From Candidatus Latescibacterota bacterium (GTDB lineage: Bacteria > Latescibacterota > UBA2968 > UBA8231): a stretch of DNA of 64,000 nucleotides. Positions within the stretch are counted from its first letter, which is position 1, and each line of letters starts with the position of its first letter. Location: the NCBI GenBank assembly GCA_965221775.1, contig CBDCSU010000006.1, positions 448,001-512,000 of the forward strand, written 5' to 3'. Positions 18,562 through 27,401 of this stretch are shown one piece after another. Below the pieces are notes generated by a model. That model worked only from the letters and a program-made list of their open reading frames with translations. It searched no databases and had not been told where the DNA came from. The position numbers were made by a program, and so were the translations under genes.

Positions 18562-19819
18562 GGAGCACGGCAAGCGCATCGCCGTGATCGAGAACGAGTA
18601 CGGCGAGGTCGGTATCGATCAGGCCCTCGTCATCGACGCTGACGAAGAGATCTTCGAGATGTCGAACGGCTGCATCTGCTGCACCGTGCGCGGAGACCTG
18701 ATTCGCGTCCTCGGCAATCTCATGAAGCGCCGCGACAAGTTCGACTATGTGCTGGTGGAGACCACGGGGCTCGCCGATCCCGGCCCGGTGGCTCAGACCT
18801 TCTTCATGGACGAAGAGATTCGCTCGGAGTACTCCCTTGACGGGATCGTCACACTCGTCGATGCAGCCCACATCGAGCAACAGCTCGGCCGGAGCGACGA
18901 AAGCACGGAGCAGATCGCCTTCGCGGATATTCTCCTGCTCAACAAGACGGACCTCGTCGACGGCGAGGCCCTCGACAGGCTCGAAGCCCGGCTCCGGGAG
19001 ATGAACCGAATGGCGCGGGTCGTGCGCGGCGAGCGCGCGAACGTCCCCGTCGACACGGTACTCAACCTCGGCGCCTTCGACCTGGACCAGGCCCTCGAGC
19101 GTCGTCCCACTTTCCTCGAGCCGGAGTACCCCTTCGAATGGACGGGAGTCTATTCTCTCGATGCCGGCCGCTACGAACTCAGCCTCGCCGATGGACCGGA
19201 TCCGGCGATGTCCCTCGTCGTCGTCTCCGGCCAGGGCACGGATGACGCGGCCCTCCGTGAGGGTGCGGAGTGGTGCGTGCGGCGCTACGCCGAACCTGCG
19301 CAGCTCATTCGCCCGGGGAAGGAGATCCCTGTCGGAGAGCATGTGAACCTTCCCCTCGATTCCCCGGGGCGCAAGTCGTTCTTCCTGGAAGTCGATGCAC
19401 AGGCGCGGGTTGGCCTCTACGCCCAGCACACCGCGGCAGAGTTCGATCTCCAACTGACGAACGCGGAAGGAACGGCCATCAGGCAGGAGGTCGAGCGCAC
19501 CTGGGTCGCACAGCACGAGCACGACGACGAAGTCGGCTCCATCGCAATCGAGGCGGAGGGCGACGTCGATCCCGACAGGCTCAACGCCTGGCTTGGCGAA
19601 CTGCTCGGTGAGCGCGGGGTGGACATCTTCCGGATGAAGGGCTTCATCAGCCTCGCGGGTGAGTCGCGCCGCTTCGTCTTCCAGGGGGTTCACATGCTCT
19701 TCGACGGACAGCCGGATCGTCCATGGGGAGACGCCCCCCGCCGCAATCAGCTCGTCTTCATCGGCCGCAACCTCGATGAGCAGGGCATGCGGCAGAGATT
19801 CGAGGCATGTCTGACCTGA
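18473..19819 (+). CDS. COG0523 (CobW/ZigA/YciC family) G3E metallochaperone GTPase
   Basis: GFLGSGKTT, GCICCT (CxCC), VETTGLADP, NKTD, C-terminal FRMKG...QGVH...LVFIG; GGAG RBS before ATG 18473. Confidence 0.92.
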   Translation: MDSPQTVPVTILTGFLGSGKTTLLNRILSEEHGKRIAVIENEYGEVGIDQALVIDADEEIFEMSNGCICCTVRGDLIRVLGNLMKRRDKFDYVLVETTGLADPGPVAQTFFMDEEIRSEYSLDGIVTLVDAAHIEQQLGRSDESTEQIAFADILLLNKTDLVDGEALDRLEARLREMNRMARVVRGERANVPVDTVLNLGAFDLDQALERRPTFLEPEYPFEWTGVYSLDAGRYELSLADGPDPAMSLVVVSGQGTDDAALREGAEWCVRRYAEPAQLIRPGKEIPVGEHVNLPLDSPGRKSFFLEVDAQARVGLYAQHTAAEFDLQLTNAEGTAIRQEVERTWVAQHEHDDEVGSIAIEAEGDVDPDRLNAWLGELLGERGVDIFRMKGFISLAGESRRFVFQGVHMLFDGQPDRPWGDAPRRNQLVFIGRNLDEQGMRQRFEACLT

Positions 19820-20853
19820 GTGTCGGCAGCCCCAAGGGCGCTCTTCGCCGGGGCTGGTCCGCGGAGGTCGGCGACTACGCCATCGCCGGGGGTTGGAGCC
19901 TGCGCGGCGAGGCGCTGATGGTCGGTGACGCCGCGGGTGGCGTCTACGCCTTCGACGGCAAGTCGGGCGCCACCGCCTGGGCACGGCGGGAGGTTCATGA
20001 AGGTGGGGTGCTCGCGCTGGCGATCCACCCGGAGGGAACCGCCTTGGCTACGGCCGGCCAGGACGGACGAGTCTTGATCTGGAATGCCGCCGATGGTCAG
20101 GTGAGCCGGGCCATCGACGTCGGCAGCGGTTGGGTAGAACACGTGGCGTGGTCGCCGGACGGCCAGTGGTTGGCAGCCTCCTGCTCCCGGCAGGTTCACG
20201 CCTATGGCGCCGACGGCGCGGAGGTCTGGCGATCGGATGATCATCCCAGCACCGTCAGCGCCATCGCCTGGTCGAGGGCGGGGGAGCTGGCGACGGCCTG
20301 TTACGGTCGAGTGACGTTCTTCGACGCCTCCACCGGCGAGCCTCGCCAGAAGCTGGAGTGGCAGGGATCCCTGGTGTCGATGGTACTGAGCCCGGACGGG
20401 GATATCGTGGCCTGCGGCAGCCAGGACAACTCGGTGCACTTCTGGCGCCGCTCCACCGAGCATGACTCGATGATGTCAGGATACCCTGCCAAGCCGTCGG
20501 CCCTGGCCTTCGACGCCACCGGCACCCTCCTGGCCACCGGCGGAAGCGAGGAGGTGACGGTCTGGTGCTTTCAGGGAGAAGGTCCCGAAGGCACGCGGCC
20601 CGGCGTTCTGGAGTTTCATGTCAAACCCGTCACCACCCTTTCCTTCGCTCCCGGCGCGATGCGCCTGGCCTCCGGAGCCCGGGATGGCGGCGTAGTTGTG
20701 TGGTCGCTCGGGCGCGACGGACAAGGCGATCCGACAGGAGTTGCGCTTGTGGCGGGTGTTGTCGGCGACTTGTACTGGCGCCCCGATGGACGCGCGCTCG
20801 CCGCCCTCGACGCCCAGGGTGGCGCGACGGTCTGGCGAGTGAGCAACAAGTGA
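19807..20853 (+). CDS. WD40-repeat beta-propeller protein
   Basis: Repeated LAT/SGxxDGxVxxW and WSPDG motifs; overlaps the COG0523 stop. Confidence 0.85.
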   Translation: MSDLSVGSPKGALRRGWSAEVGDYAIAGGWSLRGEALMVGDAAGGVYAFDGKSGATAWARREVHEGGVLALAIHPEGTALATAGQDGRVLIWNAADGQVSRAIDVGSGWVEHVAWSPDGQWLAASCSRQVHAYGADGAEVWRSDDHPSTVSAIAWSRAGELATACYGRVTFFDASTGEPRQKLEWQGSLVSMVLSPDGDIVACGSQDNSVHFWRRSTEHDSMMSGYPAKPSALAFDATGTLLATGGSEEVTVWCFQGEGPEGTRPGVLEFHVKPVTTLSFAPGAMRLASGARDGGVVVWSLGRDGQGDPTGVALVAGVVGDLYWRPDGRALAALDAQGGATVWRVSNK

Positions 20854-20992
20854 AGCGCGGCTGTTTCCCGGCTCCGGCCGGAGCAGGCTGGAGGGCTCAT
20901 CCCCTCAGCCTTCCCCGCCCGGTTCACATCTACTACCACATCGTTCCCTGAACCCATCCGGGGCACAGGGACACTTCCCGGAGAACTGTACC

Positions 20993-21493
20993 ATGCGCAG
21001 GATCATCCCATCCGCATCATCCCTTCTCGCATTGCTGTTGTTTGCCGGCTGTGGCGACGACGACAATCCCGTGGACCCCGATGCGTGGGATGACCACGCC
21101 GAGGCCTTCGGCCTGGTCATCCTCAGCAGCGGCGAGGAACTCGTCCGCCAGGAAGAGGGGAAGGTAGAAGGCGAAATCGAAGTCGGGCCCGGGCTGGAGA
21201 CACCCCTGCTGACCGTGCGCTTCCTCACCGAGGACGGCGACCGGTTCGTCCCGGAGCCAATGGAAGGATATGGCCTTGCCTGGGAAATCGGCGACGAGAG
21301 CATCGCCGAAGTCGAGCACCACGACGAAGACGGCGCCTGGTCCTTCCACATCGCAGGCCTGGAAACAGGGCATACCACCCTGAAGATCAAGCTGAACCAC
21401 AACGACCATGCCGACTTCGTCTCGAAGGACATCGAGATCCACGTCGAAGAAGGCGGCCCGGGCGAGGAACACGATCACGACGACGAAGGCTAG
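20993..21493 (+). CDS. Acidic His-rich lipoprotein, probable metal binding
   Basis: Lipobox FAGC; DHAE, EHHDE, HNDHADF, C-terminal EEHDHDDEG. Confidence 0.7.
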   Translation: MRRIIPSASSLLALLLFAGCGDDDNPVDPDAWDDHAEAFGLVILSSGEELVRQEEGKVEGEIEVGPGLETPLLTVRFLTEDGDRFVPEPMEGYGLAWEIGDESIAEVEHHDEDGAWSFHIAGLETGHTTLKIKLNHNDHADFVSKDIEIHVEEGGPGEEHDHDDEG

Positions 21494-21582
21494 CATGTAG
21501 TGGGCACCTTGTGGGGGCTTCTACGGCCTGAACCACGTGGTCCAGGCGCGCACCATGTGGAGGGAGGCCGGACTAGACGCGG

Positions 21583-24453
21583 CTACAGTCCATAGCGCAG
21601 GCGGAGGTAGAAGATGCGGCCCTTGATGTCGTGTACGAAGCCGTCGAAGCCCGGGCGCAGGTTGTTGCGCTGCACCCCCTCCTTGCCGCTCGGGAGCGCG
21701 GGCGGGTCCCTGTCGGTGAGGTTGTTGGCACCGAGGAAGAGGGTCACCGGGCCGCCGCCGAGCAGGCGCTCGAAGGTGTGGGCATATTGCGCGTCCAGCG
21801 TCGTCCAGGCGTCAATCTCCGGCCGGGAAGCGACTTCGTCGTTCTCGTAGGAATCGATGTGGCGCAACGCGAGAGTCCCCCGGTGGCGGCCGCGGCTCCC
21901 GGCGACGCCGAGGCTGCCCCGCAGTTGCGGCGTCGGCCCGAACCCGTTGGTATCGTTGCGGTTGCCGAGCCGATCCTCAAACCCGCGCCCGGCCGCGTTG
22001 ACGGCGAACCCGGTCAGCAGCGTGGCCTCGGCGCTGAAGCGAAAGTCCCCGAAGGGGGCCGCCAGGTCGTAGCGCCCGTTCAGGTCGAGCCCCTCGCTCC
22101 TGACCGCGGCGGTGTTCTCGTAGTCCGTGGTCACCACGCTCAACTGCCCCGAGGAGTCGCGCTGCACCCGGGGGTCGTTGGGCAGGCCATCATCGCGGCA
22201 GTCGTCGTCGAGAATCGCCTGGAAGCCGCGGCCTTGGGCAATGACGTCCTCGTAGTGGATCTTCCAGTAATCGAGGCTGACTTGCACACCGGCCCCGGGC
22301 CGGAACAGCAGGCCAACGTTGCCCGAGGCCGCCGATTGCGGCTTGAGGGCGCCGCCGCGCAGCACGGTGACGGCGATGAAGTTGTCCCCCCGGTTGGTGA
22401 TCTCGCCGGCGTCATTCACGGAGCATTCCCCGCGGCCCGTCCCGTCGAAGCGGAACGGATCGCTGAGCGTACGCGAAGTCGTGTTGCCGGCGATCTGGAA
22501 CAGGCTCGGTGCCTGGAACGAGGTGCCCCAGGAACCGCGCAACGAGAGCCAGTCCGTGGCAGAGACCCGGGCGGCGACCTTGGGGTCCGTGGTGGAGCCG
22601 GCCTCGTCGTAGCGCTCGTGGCGTAGCGCGAGTTGCACTTCGGCGGTGTTCCCGAGAGGCACGAGGTTCTCCGCGAACAGGGCCCAGGCCTCTTGGTTCG
22701 CCTCCTTGGGGAACTCGCGGATCGCCTGCGGCCCTCCGCCGGAGGCATTCAGCGCGTCGGGCCGCTGTTCGTAGCGGAGGCCGCGGTACTGGGTGCCGAC
22801 GGCCAGCGACACGGCCCGGCCGCCCAATCCGAAGAGCTCGCCGGAGGCGACGAGCTCGGCGACCTGCTGCGCGGTTTCGGCGGTTTCGATCCTCGTGCCG
22901 TTGAAGAGCCGGAAGGTCTCGGCGTCGTTGCCCGCGCGCCGGCCGACCAGCCTCGGGGAGAGTCCATCCTCCTCGACGGTCTTGGGCGTTGTCATGTCCG
23001 GCGCCGCCAGCCGGGTGCCGAAGGGGTTCCACAGGCCCTCCCGCACGAGGCGGGCGAACTCCCCGGCCACCCAGTGGTGGCCGGAGTTCAAGGTGAAGTC
23101 CGAACCCGCGTGTGCTAGGTATCCGGTCCCGGTCCAGCTTGCGGATAGGTCGAAGTTGGTCCCGAACACGGCCCGCAGGTTGCGAAAGGTGCGCCGTTCC
23201 TCTTCGGCGCGGTCGCCGTTGGTCTCGGCCCCGAGGGGCCGGCCGAAGTAGCCGACGGCGACCGCCTCGTGTACGCCCGGTTCCCAACTCGCCGGGGGCA
23301 CATAGGTCAGCTCGCCGTCTCCGTCCGGGTCGGTCCAGAAATTGAAGGGATGGTTCGCCGGCACGAAGAACTCGTTGGTTCCCTCCACATTGCCGTTGAA
23401 GAGCAGCAGGTTGCCGACCCGGTCGGTCACCTCGTTGTCCGAGTAGCCGATTTCCGCAAAGAGGGCGAGCCGGTCGTTGAGGATGAACTCGGACTCGGTG
23501 AAGAACTGGAGGCGCCGCTCCGCGGCGATCATGGTGCGCTGGTCGGCAAAGTCCATGCGGCAGAGGGAGCCGCTGGGGTAGCCGCCGGCGGCGGCGCAAT
23601 CCGGGTCGGGGAGGCGGGGCGCGTTGGCCCCATCGATCTGAAAGGGAGCGAAGCTGCCGTCGGCGTTGGCCACCGCCCGGCGGAAGCTGCCGGGGGAGCC
23701 GCGCCCGGAGTCGAAGGAGCCCTCGACGATGTCGCCGTCGCCGTCCGGGTCGATGGCGCGCGGGATCATCCAGTCGAAATCGGTGCGGAAGTTCTCGTCC
23801 TGGCTGTAGTAGCCCCCGTAGAGGCTGACGTACCCCCTCGAAGTGACCAGGCCCGAGGCAAAGCTCACATCGCGCGCCATGTTGCTGGCATCGCGGTAGC
23901 CGGCCTCGATTTCCAGGCCCTCGAAGGCCTTGCGGGTGATGACGTTGGCAACGCCGGCCACCGCCTGCGAGCCGTAGGTCGCCGAGGCCCCGTCGCGGAG
24001 AATCTCGATGCGTTCGATCATGGCCAACGGCAGGGTGTTGATGTCGAGGAAGCTGTGTCCGGCATCGTTGGAGACGGGGGCGATGCCGGCGCGCCGGCCG
24101 TTGATCAAGGTCAGGGTCGAGGAGAGGCCGAGCCCCCGCAGATTGAATTGGGAGGTGCCCTGCAGGTAGTTCTGCTGAGTTGCCAGATAGGAGCCGCTGT
24201 TGGCGGTGAGGCTGCGCAGAATATCGACCGGCTGCGCCGCCCCGGTGCCCTCAAAGAGCTTGTCGTCCAGCGTCTGTACAGGCGTACGGCCCTCGTACAC
24301 CGACGGCTGCCTGATCAGCGAGCCGGTGACGACGACCTCTTCCATGAGGACGATCTCTTCACGGATGTCCTGGGCGTCTTCGCCCGCGGCGAGTCCCGCC
24401 CAGAGCAGCGCAAGGGCGAGCGCCGGGGGCGGGGCGTTCCGCTCTCTTGTCAT
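21583..24453 (-). CDS. TonB-dependent receptor
   Basis: Signal peptide, EEVVVTGS, NLRGLG..TLTLINGRR, IERIEILRDGASATYGSQAVAGVANVIT, NNLTD..PP, C-terminal GRIFYLRLRYGL. Confidence 0.9.
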   Translation of the reverse strand: MTRERNAPPPALALALLWAGLAAGEDAQDIREEIVLMEEVVVTGSLIRQPSVYEGRTPVQTLDDKLFEGTGAAQPVDILRSLTANSGSYLATQQNYLQGTSQFNLRGLGLSSTLTLINGRRAGIAPVSNDAGHSFLDINTLPLAMIERIEILRDGASATYGSQAVAGVANVITRKAFEGLEIEAGYRDASNMARDVSFASGLVTSRGYVSLYGGYYSQDENFRTDFDWMIPRAIDPDGDGDIVEGSFDSGRGSPGSFRRAVANADGSFAPFQIDGANAPRLPDPDCAAAGGYPSGSLCRMDFADQRTMIAAERRLQFFTESEFILNDRLALFAEIGYSDNEVTDRVGNLLLFNGNVEGTNEFFVPANHPFNFWTDPDGDGELTYVPPASWEPGVHEAVAVGYFGRPLGAETNGDRAEEERRTFRNLRAVFGTNFDLSASWTGTGYLAHAGSDFTLNSGHHWVAGEFARLVREGLWNPFGTRLAAPDMTTPKTVEEDGLSPRLVGRRAGNDAETFRLFNGTRIETAETAQQVAELVASGELFGLGGRAVSLAVGTQYRGLRYEQRPDALNASGGGPQAIREFPKEANQEAWALFAENLVPLGNTAEVQLALRHERYDEAGSTTDPKVAARVSATDWLSLRGSWGTSFQAPSLFQIAGNTTSRTLSDPFRFDGTGRGECSVNDAGEITNRGDNFIAVTVLRGGALKPQSAASGNVGLLFRPGAGVQVSLDYWKIHYEDVIAQGRGFQAILDDDCRDDGLPNDPRVQRDSSGQLSVVTTDYENTAAVRSEGLDLNGRYDLAAPFGDFRFSAEATLLTGFAVNAAGRGFEDRLGNRNDTNGFGPTPQLRGSLGVAGSRGRHRGTLALRHIDSYENDEVASRPEIDAWTTLDAQYAHTFERLLGGGPVTLFLGANNLTDRDPPALPSGKEGVQRNNLRPGFDGFVHDIKGRIFYLRLRYGL

Positions 24454-24574
24454 GGGCCGGTTCGCGTCCTTTGCGAGGCCGGGCGCAACTTCCCACCTGC
24501 GTCAGCAGATCGGTCCGGCCGCTACCGGGAGGATACTACGGGGGATTCAGGTTGAGGCAAGCTGTTCCCGGACA

Positions 24575-25996
24575 TCACACGGGGGCATTGCCGACGCGGA
24601 TCCCCTCGGTCTGCCCGGGGGCCGGCCCCGCCGGAGCCGCCGGGCCGCGGGTCCCGCCTTCGGCGAGGCAGCCCACCAGCTCCCTCCCCTCCCTAAACAG
24701 ATCGTGGAGATGCACGTAGCGGAACATGGAGCTCCGCCCCGTCAGGTGCAGGTTCTCGAAGCTCCGGAAGTAGTCGACGAGGAGTTCTACGTGCCCCGCC
24801 AGTCCCGCTTCGAGCACGGGATAGGCGAAGGGCAGCTTGAGCACCGTGAAGCGCAGGACCTCCCCCTCCCCGAGCGGCTTCACCCTCTGCAGGGCCCGCC
24901 AGGCCCGGCGGAGGACCTCGCCGTCCGGCAGGCTCCACAGCGGGTCATCCGCGAAGCAGGGCATCTCCAGGACGATGGCCGTCTTTCCCTCGGGAGCCAT
25001 GTGGGGACTGCGGTTCCTTGGTTCGTAGAGGCGCGTGAAGGGGAACTCCTCGCCGGGGAAGTAGAGGGAGGCGTTGGGCGAGAAGGAGGGCCGGTCCAGA
25101 CAGAACACGCACAGGACCAGGTTCCGGTATCGCACGGCGTCGGCCGCGGCCAGCACCTCCGGGGGCGGCGGCGGATCGAGGATCTTCGCCGAGAGCGTCA
25201 GGGGCAGGGTGTTGACCACGGTGGAGACCTCGACCTCCTCGCCGCCGTTGACGACGACCCGGTCGATCCGCCCCCCTGAGTGCATGATCCGCGTCACCCG
25301 GCTGTCGAGGCGGATCCGCCGGGCGCCGATGGCCTCGCTCATGCCGTCGACGATGGCGCCGAACCCGTGCCGGGGGTACAGGAAGGAGCCGTCCAGGTGA
25401 CTCGCGCGGCGGGCCCTGCCCAAGAGGGTTTCGCGCAGGAAACCGGCCAGGTCCAGTCCCTTCATGCGCCCGCCCGAGACCTCCGTGGAGAGCCGGAAGG
25501 GATCGGTCCCCCACAGCTTCCGCGAGTAGTTGAGCAGGAACAGGCCCGCGAGGGTCGGGCCGTACTGATGCACGGCGAACTCACCGAAGCTCCCGGGGCT
25601 CTTCCGGGGCCGCGGCCGCAGGCTCTCGGCGGCGATCCTCACCAGGGTCCGCCGGTCGAGCCCCCGGATCAGGCTGCCCAGCTGCAGAGGGAAGCGGAAG
25701 TACCGCCCCTCGTGGAAGATCTGGCTCGGCGCCCGGACCTCGAAGAGCTCTCCCTTGAGGAGGGCCCTGATCTCGCTGGTGACCTCCGGGTCCTTGTCGT
25801 GGAGGCGGTGGGCGCCGGTGTCGAAGAGGAACTCCCCAAGGCGCAGGGTGCGGCAGTTGCCTCCCGGCCGGGATCCCGCTTCGAGGACCACGAAGTCCAG
25901 GCCCCTCTTGGCGGCGTGGTAGCCCGCGGCGAGGCCGGCCGGTCCCCCGCCGAGGATATGGATGCCGGCGCCAGGGGACTCAGTCTCAGTACTCAT
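24575..25996 (-). CDS. FAD-dependent oxidoreductase (HemY/UDP-galactopyranose mutase-like)
   Basis: ILGGGPAGLAAG, GGNCRT, FDTGAHR, FLYPRHGFG, AYPV, GRSSMFRY. Confidence 0.8.
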   Translation of the reverse strand: MSTETESPGAGIHILGGGPAGLAAGYHAAKRGLDFVVLEAGSRPGGNCRTLRLGEFLFDTGAHRLHDKDPEVTSEIRALLKGELFEVRAPSQIFHEGRYFRFPLQLGSLIRGLDRRTLVRIAAESLRPRPRKSPGSFGEFAVHQYGPTLAGLFLLNYSRKLWGTDPFRLSTEVSGGRMKGLDLAGFLRETLLGRARRASHLDGSFLYPRHGFGAIVDGMSEAIGARRIRLDSRVTRIMHSGGRIDRVVVNGGEEVEVSTVVNTLPLTLSAKILDPPPPPEVLAAADAVRYRNLVLCVFCLDRPSFSPNASLYFPGEEFPFTRLYEPRNRSPHMAPEGKTAIVLEMPCFADDPLWSLPDGEVLRRAWRALQRVKPLGEGEVLRFTVLKLPFAYPVLEAGLAGHVELLVDYFRSFENLHLTGRSSMFRYVHLHDLFREGRELVGCLAEGGTRGPAAPAGPAPGQTEGIRVGNAPV

Positions 25997-27374
25997 ACAC
26001 CGTCAGCTCCGGCCAAAGCCGGTTGACGTAGGGGTTGTGGTAGAAGGTCCGGACCGCCTTCGGCTCGCGGTCGGGCAGCGGGCTGCCGATGGCCACAAGA
26101 TCCCCTCCGGCGTTCGCCCCGACGGCGCGCAGGTCCTCCGGGCTCTCGACGGAGAGATACTCGGCCTCCAGCCCCTGGGAGGACAGGTAGTACTTGATGA
26201 GGGCCACCGACGCGACGCGCAGACCGCCGGCATCGCGGTCCGTCAGGTAGCGGTGGACCTGGGCGATGGCCGTCGGGCTCCGGTGCTGCGCCACCAGGTG
26301 CACGGTCACGTACCCGTAGCAGCAGAGGAAGAGGGCGAGGACCAGCCGCGACCACTTGGCGCCCTTCCTGCAGATCCAGTCGCCGGCAAAGGCCGGAACG
26401 AGAGCCAGGAAGGGCAGCAGCGGCAGCACGTGCCGGCTCTTGTGGAGCACGTTCTGGAAGAGGAGGATCCAGCCCAGGTAGAGGAGGCAGCCGAGGAGGG
26501 GCGCGCTCAGAAGGGCGGTGCCGCTCACGCGCTGGGCGGCACCGCGCCAACCCGCCGCCACCACCGCCAGGAGACCCGCGGTGGTGCACGCCGTCGCCCA
26601 GTGGCGCCCCGGCCAATAGAGTCCGAAGCCGTCGGCCCACAGGCTCCGGAAGATCGCCGCCCACCGCTGAAGGAACCCGGGCTCGGTGGAGAGGGTGCCG
26701 CCGAAGTCGGTGAAGTGGCCCCGGGTCTGGGCCAGGGCCGCCTGCACCAGCTCCGGCCAGCCGGTGACGGCGATCAGCGGGACCAGCCACAGGGCCGCCC
26801 CCGCCGCGCCGGCGCCGAGGAGTCGCAGCCGCCGGCCCCGTTCCTTCAGCCGCGCCAGCAAGGCCGGCAGCACCAAGGGCGCGCAGGACAGCCGCACGCC
26901 GAGGGTGAGACCCGCCAGGAACGATCCCCATGCCGCCCGGCCGCGCTCCGGCCGCCCCATGCACCAGAGGACGCCCAGGGCGCACGCGAGCCCCATGGCA
27001 TCGGGCATCCAGCGGTTGCTCATCAGCCACAGCAGCGGGTTGAAGAACACCAGGAAGGCGGCGATCAGGCCCGGGGGCGTGGTGAGCTTGATCCGCGCCA
27101 GACCGAGGGCGAAGAACAGGATCGCGAATGTGGACAGGCCCCCCAGCACCGCGAAGGCCACGGCGTATCGCCCGGTGAGGGCGTAGATCGCCTTGGCGAG
27201 GAAGCAGAAGACCGGGTAGGCCGGGAAGTGCGGCTGCAGCCGGGCGACGTCGAAGTCGACGACGCCGAGGGCGAAGCGCAGGCTGTCCAGGTCCTCGATG
27301 TAGTAGATGGCGCCGAGCAGCCGCGATGCGACGCACAGGACCAGCAGCGCGCCCCATGCTCTGCCTTCGCTCAC
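25986..27374 (-). CDS. Polytopic membrane protein, GT-C glycosyltransferase-like
   Basis: First loop EDLDSLRFALG..DFDV...QPHFPAYP, many TM helices, NPLLW...MPD, KSRHVLP. Confidence 0.6.
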   Translation of the reverse strand: MSEGRAWGALLVLCVASRLLGAIYYIEDLDSLRFALGVVDFDVARLQPHFPAYPVFCFLAKAIYALTGRYAVAFAVLGGLSTFAILFFALGLARIKLTTPPGLIAAFLVFFNPLLWLMSNRWMPDAMGLACALGVLWCMGRPERGRAAWGSFLAGLTLGVRLSCAPLVLPALLARLKERGRRLRLLGAGAAGAALWLVPLIAVTGWPELVQAALAQTRGHFTDFGGTLSTEPGFLQRWAAIFRSLWADGFGLYWPGRHWATACTTAGLLAVVAAGWRGAAQRVSGTALLSAPLLGCLLYLGWILLFQNVLHKSRHVLPLLPFLALVPAFAGDWICRKGAKWSRLVLALFLCCYGYVTVHLVAQHRSPTAIAQVHRYLTDRDAGGLRVASVALIKYYLSSQGLEAEYLSVESPEDLRAVGANAGGDLVAIGSPLPDREPKAVRTFYHNPYVNRLWPELTVYEY

Positions 27375-27401
27375 GGGGTACCCGGCGCCATCCGGAGGCC
27401 C

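Noticed and set aside
21533-21560. CCACGTGGT...ACCATGTGG hairpin between convergent genes
   Set aside because: Weak stem without U-tract; at most an ordinary terminator
24575-25996. Calling the flavoprotein hemY or glf
   Set aside because: Only family-level motifs are visible and there are no heme or glycan pathway neighbours to justify a symbol
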